This document shows positions 1 to 16,689 of a DNA stretch of 64,000 nt, one piece after another. The notes beneath the pieces were generated by a model. That model had not been told where the DNA came from. It saw only the letters and a list, made by a program, of their open reading frames with translations, and did not search any database. Position numbers and translations under genes: made by a program. Origin of the DNA: the human T2T-CHM13v2.0 reference genome, Homo sapiens. The stretch lies in NCBI RefSeq assembly GCF_009914755.1, contig NC_060938.1. One strand, 5' to 3'. Positions within the stretch are counted from its first letter, which is position 1, and each line of letters opens with the position of its first letter.

Positions 1-161
1 GCACGCGTCACCACACCCGGCTAATTTTTTTGTTTTTTTTTTTTAGTAGAGATGGGGTTTCACGGTGTTTGTCAGGCTAGTCTTGAACTCCTGACCTCAT
101 GATCTGCCTGCCTCGGCCTCCCAAAGCACTGGGATTACAGACGTGAGCCACCATGCCCGGC
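1..161 (-). mobile_element. Alu (partial, window edge)
   Basis: Alu consensus, reverse orientation. Confidence 0.9.
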
Positions 162-705
162 AATAAAGCACTTTCAAATCATGAAAGTGTAGGATAATTT
201 CTTGAGAGTCAACATCATTTTTAGAATTCCTATTTGCTAAAGTTAGCATTTATGGAAGGCCTGGATCTAGAGTACAGCAACGCCTTTAAAATCCAGGCTG
301 CAAGAGAAGGTGTCTGGTAAGCTCCTTGACTTCTCAGCCATGACTTGGGCCATTTAGTAACATTTGTGTTGACCTTTTCATACAATGAGTCACAATATTG
401 TGATTTGTATACTGACCAGATCTTTGAGCTTAGAGTTGATTTTCTAATAGAGCTGATAGGTCTGTTCTTGTCTATTCTCTCTTATGGGATTTACAGGATA
501 GTGGTATAGCCTGTGAGTATGAAACAAAGAACAAAGCCAACTGGACCACAAGGAGACTGAACCCCTGACCCGGGGCTCATTAGCTCCATTCTTAAACCAC
601 GGCAGCTAAACAGTCAGCCAATTAGAGGTTCACTTGGCAGCAGAGGCCAGAGCCATGTGCTGATCTCATCCAGGCTCAGGAAAGCACATCAAAAGGGCAG
701 AGTAG

Positions 706-1034
<329 letters not shown>

Positions 1035-1149
1035 TCACGTCCATTAGGCTGCACTGACTTTTAGTGTCACTTTTGCAGTGGATTTCAGAACCACCAAGAG
1101 TCTTTTAAAAATACAGTAGTTTTCTACACAATAGAAAAAATTTAAAAAT

Positions 1150-2570
<1,421 letters not shown>

Positions 2571-3803
2571 TTTTGGCTATCCTGGCCCCTTGCTCTTCTG
2601 TTTTCCAAATGTTCCTTCTAAGGCTAATTGGATTTATAATTAGGCCAGCACGACATAAACAAGGTTGTTTAAATACGCTTATCAGTAAACCTGACAGTAA
2701 ACGTGTTCACTTGAATCTTACTTGTCATAAAGGTCACAAAATTTAGATCTGAGATGAGAATTTTATGCTCATACCTCCTCTTTATCATGCAGTATCTGCA
2801 AACTGTATTAATACGATACAATTTTAAACTTGTTTGGTTGGCTGTGCTGTTTTTAATCACAAATTTAATTAACATTGAACTTGGACCACTTCCCTGAGCA
2901 GTAAAACAGATAATGCCTGGCCAGTGAAGCCACATGAGACTAATTAGATCTCATGAAATAATGGTCTCAAATTATTTTAAGTGCTTGTAATTTTTAGTAA
3001 TATGCAGGCCCATGAACAAATATCAAAAGGGAAACCCAACTGAGAGTGTGTGTGTATGCTGATAACTGTTTATTTAGGGAATTTTAATGTACACAATCAG
3101 CCTGGGAAACTTTGTACTGTTTATTAAATAAAGCAGAGAAAACAAGAGAGGATCAACACAGTGGGAAATAAGGTCACCAGATAAGGCTTTTTGGCTACTG
3201 CTTCCTGTTCTGGGTAGCTCTGCAATTCACTCTGAGAATTTTACTCCCTTTACCCAGATTGCAAATTTCCCATTTCCTGTCACTTATCTCTGCCACCTCC
3301 TTCATTCTTGAGCTGCCAGACCAAAACAGTTCAAACAGATAAAGACACAGTTAATTTGTTGAAGAGAACAGAGCTCTCCAGTAAACAACTTCTTCCTAGA
3401 TCTTACTTTGTAGAGATGAGTGGAAATATATCAGCAGAGTAAGAGTTGGATCAACTTATTGTACCATGTTCATTAGGTCTGCACCGATGTAGCAAGTTAA
3501 CTCATCCTTGCCTTTCTTCTGCCATTTATAGGACAAAAAGAGGTGATGATGCAATAGCTACAAAAACATTTTGTGAGTGATGGATTTGTAACTCAGTGTC
3601 TCTGTTTTTAGAATTAAGGAGAGAGAAGATGGCGGCTGTGCAGGGTTATCCATTCAGTATCAGTGATGTAGTATGTCACACAGGGATGGATTTCAGAAAG
3701 GCTTGTGCTCAGACTTTCTGAATTATTGACGTGATGAGTGAAGACGTTACCATGTTTTAAGTGATGAGTATAAAACAGCTGTGTCCGTTATCAAACTTAG
3801 TTA

Positions 3804-4112
<309 letters not shown>

Positions 4113-4386
4113 ACTTAGTTTTAAGGAATAGAAATTATGATCTCACTGCATCACTAACTGATCTTTAAAAGCATCTTAATAAGATTCAACATGTTTTTTA
4201 AAAAGTAAAAATACAATATACAGAATAACAGTATAGTCTGTGATGTACTTGCTTTTTGGCCTCTGTAAGAGTAGAGGGTCAAGAATGGCATGTGGCTTTT
4301 CCTTGATAAAGTTCATGTCTCTAGCTCCCTGACTTTGAAAGTTCACAGTATGTAAAACATAATTTGTACTGAGTTGAACTTACTGA

Positions 4387-4697
<311 letters not shown>

Positions 4698-5199
4698 AGG
4701 GGCTTCCAGCAGGCTTCTAACCTGATGATTTAAGGGAAAGAATTGGATGGGAGCTAGGTTGGGGTTCTGTCACCAGTGCTTTCATGTCCAACTGAGCTTG
4801 AGTCACATGGAGCAGAAAGCTGAAGCTACGTCTCTGGAAGTCCCAGCTAGTATTCTAACAGACCTATGTTCTCTCTAGAGAGGTCACTACTAATAGTGGT
4901 CTCAGAATTCATGAAAGGTTTGTTTTTACTACTACTAGATAGGGATATGATTGGCCTTGGCAGTAATCATAGATGTGTGACTTTAAACAGGTCAATTGGC
5001 CTCCCCGAGCCTCATCTATAAAATGAAGAGGCTGAATTGTATGAATCCTTGAAAGAGTATGAGTACTTAGCACGTTTCCTGTTGCATAGTTGGTGTCCAA
5101 GTTAGTTTGCTCTGTATTAAACTATACTGAGGCTACAAAAATTCTGAGTTCTAATAATAATTCCTTTGGTTATTTGGTTTGGTTAATAATTTGGTTATT

Positions 5200-6840
<1,641 letters not shown>

Positions 6841-7164
6841 AAATTCGTAAATGTATTTTTTTTTGTAAACCAAGAATAATTTTGTTATTTAAAACAAATT
6901 CTGCCACAGCCAACTTCTATTTATAAGTACATTTCTAACATTTAGATATTACACATTCATTTTTAAGTATTAAGAAAATGAGGGCTTTTCAATTGAGGTG
7001 AAAGACTATCTTTGAGATAAAGTATCTCTATCTGGCAACGCTGTGGAATACTAACCAGTTGTTCTCACAAAATAACATGCAGGCAAAGCAATTCCAAAAG
7101 GCAGAAGTTCATTTCTACTAAATTAATACTATGTAAACATTAAAAACAAGTACAAAAATAAATA

Positions 7165-8268
7165 TTAAATAAAAGTTTTGCTTTTATTTAAAATAAAATG
7201 CATTTATACAGTCTTTGAACCATGGATTATTGAACAATACTGGTAATCCACCTCTCCCTCGCACCCTTTTGGGCTATGTGAGCTAGGAATTTTCTGACTA
7301 GCACCAATACAGATTGTAACAGCGCAACAGACTAGAACATGGCCAGTCCAGGCATTAGAGTTAAGGACATTGTGGCAAATCATGATCATAATGAAGTCAT
7401 TCTTAATTTAGTAGATATTAAAACTGCACGTTAATTATATCTCTTAAAGGCATTTAATTAACGCAGAGATTGCTACATTTAAGCCATCTGCTAGTTGTGA
7501 GTAGTTTTTAAAAAACTGTACAATTTTATAAAATTTGTGTTTTTACATTAGTTACACAAAATGCATACTTCATAGAACTTTACTTCATATTGTAATGCAA
7601 AGAGTTGCATATTTTAGGCAGACAGTGATTATGCTGGTGAATACTAAAAGTGTAATACAATATGGTGTAAAAATAAAAACACGAGACAATATACATAACA
7701 TGCTTATTCAAGGACAAAAACAAATCAAGCACGACGGACTAATAGCATTTTCCTTCAAGGTCAAACACAATGACATTACTAAATATCAGGCCTCCTGCAT
7801 GCCTGATTTATTTGGGGGTAGGGGGAGGAATTAAATGGCTACCAGAAGTAGGATATTTTAAAACATGATATCAAATTAAACATACATTAAATCACATGCA
7901 TTAGACATGATAAATAGAGTTCATATAGGTTAAGCCCTGGATAGCTTTAAAATAGATGGCTTGTTTCTTACAGTTTGGCTAGCTTAAATCAGTAAATCAG
8001 TGATGGTTTGTTCCTGATTTGCCCACTATTTCAGTTTTCAATTCATGGCCCTAAGGAATGTGTGCCAAATTCAAGTTTATTATATCATAACATGATAGAT
8101 TAATAGTCGTGCTTGTTTAGTGCACATATTAACTGGTCTGGTAAGGCAAAGAAGTTTTCATGATAAAATGATAAATTTCAAGCTTACTTTATTAAGCAGC
8201 ATATAACAAACAGCTTTTAAAGTTAAATATTGTTATGGCCGTGGAGTTTCATTAAACAGTATTTCTAT
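7165..8268 (-). other. FERMT2: FERMT2 3'UTR (~1.1 kb; cleavage site approximate)
   Basis: AU-rich, repeat-free sequence between the stop codon and an AATAAA followed by a U/GU-rich tract. Confidence 0.85.
7183..7188 (-). terminator. Main poly(A) signal AATAAA
   Basis: tttatt on +; downstream on - is U-rich (ttttatttaatatttatttttgtacttgttttt). Confidence 0.8.
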
Positions 8269-8442
8269 TCACACCCAACCACTGGTAAGTTTGTAGAACA
8301 TCTCTTCATCTAAACTCTCGTTTTGGTCTTTTGCACGTGTTGAGAGAAATATGTAGCCACCAATGAATTCATGAACCACTTTGCAATCTACTTCAGTACA
8401 AATGAAGGACAATCGTACTTCATCTGCAAACTCTACGGTGAC
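8269..8442 (-). CDS. FERMT2: FERMT2 last exon, coding part (174 nt), [11 protein letters not shown]...YKLTSGWV*
   Basis: ttccAG|GTCACC; TGA at 8269-8271; ORF 8269..8457. Confidence 0.97.
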   Translation of the reverse strand, partial: VTVEFADEVRLSFICTEVDCKVVHEFIGGYIFLSTRAKDQNESLDEEMFYKLTSGWV

Positions 8443-9397
8443 CTGGAACAAAGACAAGAGCCATCAGTGCTGTCCCAAATGCTAGGTGGCTGGGTCCACA
8501 CAAAACTACTGTGCTACTTAAAGTCTGTCATATCACAAAACACTTGTTGATCCTCAAATGATCAGTCTGTCTAAAACCTAAACGAATAATGCCTTTAAGT
8601 CCCAAAGAAGAAGCTAAGTTTATTGCCCTTCCCCTACACTTTAAGTTTTCATGTTCTGAAAAGGAAGACTAGGAATGCAAGGGTTTTAGGTCGTTCAGTT
8701 CTCAAATGGTCTCTGGTGATTGATTCAATTAATGAGAATGCCTCTCTTCAAGTCGTGCAGGAAAGCCTACTTCCTGTGTTTTAACGTTCGCTTCAGATAC
8801 TTAAATTTTAGGTATCACGTTTGAGTATTTCAGAAATATAAGATTCTTTGAAGTAATAGGAATTGATACAATAAATCCAATATGATGCTAAACCAAATGA
8901 CTTATTAGTAAAAGATGGTTCATTTTAAATGATACTCGTATACTCCAAGACTGGGGGCAACATGATGTACAGTGGTAAATGTGCCAGGTTTTTAAGCCTA
9001 AAGCATCTGAGTTTGAAATGATTCTGTAGTTACTTTGTGCGTGGTCATAGACAATGATGGCCCTCAGGTCTCTCTATTGCAGTGTCTTCATTTGTCCAAC
9101 TGCCTTAAAAGGCTGTGATGAGGTTTAGAGACAGGGTACTAATGTAAGCCTCTAAGTATCATGTCTGGCACAGGGTAGGCATTCAACAAACAGTAGCTGC
9201 TATTTCAGAGTAGATCGGCTTTATCCATTACAGAAAGACAAAAAAGGCAACATTCTAAGCAAATTATGCACTTAGAATTTTAGTAACTGGGCTAATTATG
9301 AAATAGGCAAATTTAAGTGAGAAATGAATAGTCAACCATGGTCTGTCTGTACTTTAAGAGGTGGTGGTACAAATAATCATCAGAATTTATAGGCCTT

Positions 9398-9403
9398 TTT
9401 ATT
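9398..9403 (-). terminator. Candidate intronic poly(A) signal AATAAA in the last intron
   Basis: About 60 nt downstream of the exon 14 donor, after an in-frame read-through GTA AAC TCA TAA (VNS*). Confidence 0.6.
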
Positions 9404-9464
9404 CTTAATGTACTAATTTGTATCAGAGAAGGACTATATTCAAGTAACATTGTTATGAGTTTAC

Positions 9465-9606
9465 CATTTTGATTTCCCAGTTGACATTCCACTGTTTCAT
9501 GTTGCTGAAACGCCATGTTTTAATTGCATCTCCAGTGCTGGCATCCATCCGAATCAGTCTGTTGTATGCAATTCCAATAAGTTCTTCTTTTTTGCCCCCT
9601 TGGAAC
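9465..9606 (-). CDS. FERMT2: FERMT2 exon 14 (142 nt), F3/PTB incl. integrin-binding QW motif, [11 protein letters not shown]...[12 protein letters not shown]
   Basis: tatAG|GTTCCA ... AAAATG|GTAAAC. Confidence 0.96.
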
Positions 9607-9634
9607 CTATAACATTTAAGAAAAGAAAGGTTAA

Positions 9635-10008
<374 letters not shown>

Positions 10009-10232
10009 AAGAGTGCTATTCTCTTAGTAGTAAAACAAACACAATTATCTTGAATTTTTAATGTAGAAATTAAAAGCTTACAAAATACATTCTAACAGTC
10101 TTTGAATTCTATTGTAATATGAGTTAATGGGTCTACATAGGTATGCTTTAGATGTTTAATATCTAATTACATGAGGTAGATTAAGCAAAAATGCAGATTA
10201 AGGTTTACACATAGATGCTTAGAACCACTGAC

Positions 10233-10357
10233 CTTGCAATGAAGTGAGTGATGCCAAATTCAGGTAGTGACTGCCAAGCTTGAATAAATCTCATCTTGGC
10301 TTCAATTAGACTCATCTGAGCTACATTCTGATGGGCCTCCAAGATTCTCGCTGTTAT
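10233..10357 (-). CDS. FERMT2: FERMT2 exon 13 (125 nt), [42 protein letters not shown]
   Basis: tttAG|ATAACA ... GCAAG|GTCAGT. Confidence 0.96.
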
Positions 10358-10905
10358 CTAAACATGAGTAAACATCACCTTTACCATTGAACATTATTCT
10401 CTCATGGGAGAACTGAGACAAAAGATCAAAAGATTGAATTACGCACCCCGTACCCCAAAATCATATTGTAAGAGTTGAAATCAAAATATCTGAAGCTACA
10501 TTTGGACACTGTAATAATGTAATGTATAAGGATTTTTCAAAATAAGTCTTAATTTCAGTTTTCATATATCAACAAAAAGTACTATTAGGAGTACATAGTT
10601 GCCACACTTGAGACATATTCCAAATGCATACACCTAACGGTACTACTATTACAGAACAGCACATTCTAATCCACATATACACGAGTTTTAATTAAATTTA
10701 GCACTATGTCTATAATCAGAATGAATACCTGGAATACATGTTTCTAGCAGGAATATTTGTTAGCAGCTTTAAGGTACTTGAAATCACCATAATCATTTCT
10801 ATTTTAAATTTAAATTTCACTACTGGGGTAAATTCCATGAGGGAAGGTTGTGGCTATGAATTTTTATTTATTCTTTTTCTTTTGTGGTAAATATGGAGAA
10901 CTTAC

Positions 10906-10926
10906 CAAATCTCTTATATAGCCTGG
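10906..10926 (-). CDS. FERMT2: FERMT2 alternative 21-nt microexon (PGYIRDL)
   Basis: ctacAG|CCAGGCTATATAAGAGATTTG|GTAAGT; phase 0/0; matches the 7-aa insertion I recall in the longer kindlin-2 isoform. Confidence 0.9.
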
Positions 10927-11962
10927 CTGTAGATGGCAATGCGAGGAAAGAAAAAGGAAGCAGAAAGAAAAAAAAAGGCAATCAGAAAAAATGGCAACGA
11001 AGCAAAGAAAAAGTTGCGGTCACCTGCAAACCAAAATTCCAGCCAAAAGTCATGCAAAAAACTACTTTAGGTAGAAACCAAGCAAAGTAAATGCAAGAAT
11101 GAAAAATGAAAATGAGGAAGCAGCAATTACTTTCCATTTAGAACACTGAGAAACACTCCACATTATTTTAGAATGTTAAATGTTGCTAAAGAACCTAAGG
11201 GTAGAAATTTGTAGGGAGAAGATAAAAAGAGCAAATATTTCTTTCCCCCTACATCGTGTACCCAGTTACATCGTGTACCCAGTTCTCACCGGTTAAGGTA
11301 AAGCCAATTATTTTAGTAGCAAAATAAAAGTATCCAAAAGCCTTTAAAGTCTTCTCAGATTTAGTCAGATAATATGATCCATGCACTGCTTTTCAGAAAT
11401 AAGAATTTGAAGGCATAAAATAAGTGCAGTGCCCATCTGTTTCTTTTTTTACACAAGAAAAGCAAACCCCTCAGTTACCATGTGTTTTTTGCATCCTTTT
11501 TCCTGGAAGGGAAAACAAAGAGATGCCGTATACTACATGAGGAATTTCGGCTTTATGGCATTAGTCATTTCCATTTAGATTAACATAAATCAACATATAG
11601 AATAATTCTTCAAAATTTAAAAATCCAGTTTGAGAGTCATATTTATTTAAAAATACCCACAGCATGTTTAGTTAATATATATATAATTGAAGGGAATTAA
11701 AGTAGGTTAAATACAACAGGTTATTTTGATAGACCCAAAAGAAAACTACGAGTCTATGCCCAGGTAGGGAAGAATGTCCTTGTGGCCTGCACATCTTCCT
11801 ACAGCCTCCAGAACGCAACTGGATACAGCTTAATAATTACTGAGCACTATGTCCAGTGTGACTAGTGTGGTATCTGACACACAGTAGCAACTAAACTTCT
11901 GAATGTCACTACTTACTAGGCACCAGGGCAATAACATCATGGTCGCTATTCTCTGGAAACAA

Positions 11963-12590
<628 letters not shown>

Positions 12591-13956
12591 TCTAACCTAT
12601 AGCTCTAGTGAGAGAAAGGAGGGTTAAAAATGTGCATTTGATTAGATGGCAACATGAAAGGCAAGGCCAGAAGGATCTTTAACCACGGACCACACACAAA
12701 CTGTCCTCCTGTCAGTTAAAGATAAATCTTCAGTTGATAGTTTCTAGTCAAGAACTATCATTTAAAAGGCTTCTGAGAAAACAAATAGTTGACAGTGAAA
12801 ACAATGTGTGGCAGCTCTCGTTTAAGCTCTTTTATCTCCCTGATACCTTACTGTGAAATGATAAAATTGGTCAGGTTTGAAATTACTTATTGCCTTTGAA
12901 GGCAAATAAGTTCACTTTTAGAAACAAGATTCTGTATAAATAATTTTAAAATATTTAAATAACTACGAATGAAAAATGAAATTAGCACTTGCTTTACTTT
13001 CTCTTTTTAACTTACAATCTACATTCCATACAGTTCCCCAGGGCAGCATTTCCTCCATTCCTTACTACTCCCACATCATATGACCACGGGATAAACAATT
13101 TCTAGGCTTACACAACCTCTGAGACTTAAAGACAAATATTCTGTCATTAAAACTTCTGAACATTTAGGTAGAAATAATTTTAGACCCATATAATAAATAT
13201 TATACTTAAAGTTAAGGAATTAGTAAGTGTTCTGGGCATTTCATTGAGCCTTTTTAGTATGTTTTAAAATTATTCCTTAACAAAGATTAAAGCAAAATTA
13301 GATAAAAACAAAATGTTTATTTTAAAGGTCTTCGTCTCCCCACCCCCAAACTAAAGCCTTTTCCTTTTATGGCATGATGTTGGGGGCAGAGAATACCAGG
13401 GCCTATACCAAGTGAAATTCCCCTGTAAAGGACTTTTTATGTTGTACCAAAGAACCATTTTCCTAAGTAGCAGCCCTTTTATGGTATTAATTTCCAAAGA
13501 AAAGAATTCTAAACAGAGTGAACAAAAGCAAATTTCAATGAAAATTTACCAAACTGTGTAACTATGTGTAAAATTGTGGTTAGGTTCTGACTGAAAATGT
13601 TAAGAAAAGACACGGCTAAAAATGTACTCTTGTAAAGTTTCTTTCTAAAGCTGGAAAAGCCAATTTCAACAAGAGCAGGTATTACAGATTTTGTTGAGAA
13701 ATGCTGGCTGCACTTTATGTCACATTTACTTAATTATATATGGAATAAAATTAAATAAATTAAGGAACACAAAGCATTGAGACCATATTCAATTCCCTAA
13801 AATGTCTGAAAGAACACCATGTTAACAGAATGATTTCTGCAATTTGTTTAGAGTAAGTTCTCAACTATTCTGTGTCCTTATCTGTTCTATTAAAATGATA
13901 AAGATTTTTTTTTTTAATGACCAATTTAAACTGACTAAAGGTTACTTTATTTTCTA

Positions 13957-14172
13957 CAGATTGAGTATCCATTATCCAAAATTCTTGGGACCAGAAGTAT
14001 TTTGGGTTTCAGATTTTTTTGGATTTTGGAATATCTGCATTATACTTACCAGTTGAGGATCCCAAATCTGAAATCCAAAATGTGCCAATGAGCATTTGAG
14101 AGTCATGTTGGCACTCAAAAAGTTTCAGATTTTGGAGGATTTCAGAGGTTCAGATTAGGGATACTCTAACTG
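13957..14172 (+). mobile_element. Tigger4/Zombi MITE
   Basis: TA|CAGATTGAGTATCC...GGATACTCTAACTG|TA. Confidence 0.8.
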
Positions 14173-14302
14173 TATTTTATATTCTAACCATCTGATACAA
14201 AATTAAGACTAAAAAGTTTTGTTTAAGAGGGGAAAAACAAAGTTATGTACAAAATTATAAAAACAAACCAGCACAGTAGATGAAGTAAAATGAAGTAAGT
14301 AC

Positions 14303-14524
14303 CTGCTTGTTCTTATACTTTTTTAGATAGCGGGGAGACACCAAACATTCAGGAGTTATATCAGTCGTGATCTGCTCTGGTATTAACTGAGGATCTGGGT
14401 TTAAATGCTGCATCTTCAGAAAGGAAAGAATATTCTGAACTTCTAAGTTGTAAGAACTGTCCGCCATGGTCTTGCCTTTGGAGGCTAATCTGCAGGCTGC
14501 CATCCAGTGTGCATACTGTTTTTC
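14303..14524 (-). CDS. FERMT2: FERMT2 exon 12 (222 nt), [18 protein letters not shown]...KKYKNKQ
   Basis: tccAG|GAAAAA ... AAGCAG|GTACTT; ORF 14255..14503. Confidence 0.97.
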
Positions 14525-14648
14525 CTGGAGAAAAGAAATACTGATGTGTGCAATGTATCACGAGGTGGGTCTTTCAAGTATAAAATATAAGGATGACTGG
14601 TCAACTCATTTAAGAAAATTGAAGTGTATTTTTAACTGGAAAACTTAC

Positions 14649-14755
14649 ATTGTCACAACGAAGCCAGATTTCATTCATGCCTTCTGCAACTGGAATCAGG
14701 AGTTTAATGTTAAATTTTTGGCCTGAAATGTTTACATCTGGGGTAACTTCACATC
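14649..14755 (-). CDS. FERMT2: FERMT2 exon 11 (107 nt), [36 protein letters not shown]
   Basis: tacAG|GATGTG ... GACAAT|GTAAGT. Confidence 0.96.
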
Positions 14756-14942
14756 CTGTAACAAAAAATTTTTATTAAAATGGCTAAATTTACTTTTAAG
14801 AAATCTCAAGTCAATACAAGCAGCCCTCATTCTGTGGCATCTTAACATGTTGGATTTTGCCATAGTATTTTATGAAGGCATCTGCTGCAGAAGGTAACAT
14901 ACACATATACTTGGGAAGCTGGAATGAAAACAACTGTATTCA

Positions 14943-15247
<305 letters not shown>

Positions 15248-16689
15248 TTACAGAAGGGAGTGCAGATTTACTGAACTAGGTGTTAGATAATGGCATAACA
15301 GCTGGCATAAACAAGTAGTAACAGTATAATAAATATAGTGAAGTAGAGCTCTGCAGTCAGAGAGACTTGGGTTGCAGACCTTTCTTTGTCACTTATTAAT
15401 AATAATTATGGGCCATTTAACTTCTGTAAGTCGACATTTCCTGACCTTGGACTCTACCTCACAGGGATGATTTAAGGATAAATAAGATAATACACTGTCA
15501 AAGCTTCCTAAAGCTTATTCCAATTGTCCAAGAATGACATGAACAAAGCACAATGTCATATGATCATGCAGTAGGCTCTACGAAGAAAATTTTAAATTGT
15601 TAGTAGGGCTTGCTTTTTCAATTCCTCTTGGCACAGAATATAAGATCATACACACTCCATATTCAGAAGAACAAATGTTAAAATTGTCATTTTCCCTGTC
15701 TACATAAATATTTTAGTATTAAATAAAAAGAACACTTTAGATAAAGGAGAGGCCCTCTTTATTCTCCTCCCCAGAAGCAACTCCTACCATGAATTTTGTA
15801 GATTCCCCCCTGCCCTTTGTTTTCTTTTTAAAATATTTACTACATATGAATTTCTTCTTTTATATCTCCTTTTATACAGGCTTTAGAATGATGAGAACAT
15901 GTGTGACGAACTGTTTAATGTGCAAAGTTGAAACAGTTGTTTGAAAGTACACAATCTTTTGCACAAATATCATTAATAATTCAAGAGGATTTACAGTACA
16001 CAATTCCATAATAATTAGGCCTCTTTTAAAAAAACAAGAAAACTAAACAGGGAGAGACAAAGTGGGTGGTAACTCAGGCACTAGTGTAGGCTCAGAGGCC
16101 TACAGGGGCCACATCTCAAACACCCATTCCATGCCACCTCAGCTACCTACTTCCACGGCAACCACTGGACTTCCTCAGTTACCCAATTAGTGTACATCTG
16201 AAAGATGAAATGCAAACAGCCAATTCTGGTCACAATCTCTAATCCTAACTCTTTGAGGAACCCTATGCTGCAACCCCTCCACTTTCTCCCCAACAGCAAC
16301 AGAAGGAAGCAACAGCTCCCTCCTTCCCAACCAGCCTGGACCACATTCACTGGACATCAACTCCAACTGCCGAGACTCACTGTCTTCACATTATACATTC
16401 TCCTAGCAAAATCTGCACCCTAGGTAAATAAATCCCTCTAACTTTTCCTTGCCTATACTCAGGCTGCTTAGCAGTGCAAGATGGGAAGAAGCAAGAAAAA
16501 AAGGTTTCACTACAGATTCATGGATACCAACCTCAGCTGGGCCCTTTATGCTTGCATCCTTCTGTGCTTATACAGACATTTTCAACAATGCCTATTTCAA
16601 ATCTTCTCAGACATCCTACAATGTCACTTGGTCTCAAGGGACAACTCCACCTCTTATGTCTCCAAGAAAATGAAAGCCACCAGAAGTTA

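Noticed and set aside
3400-3760. atggatttcagaaaggctt (MDFRKA), like the CR1/L3 reverse-transcriptase motif
   Set aside because: Probably an L3 remnant, but too degraded to delimit.
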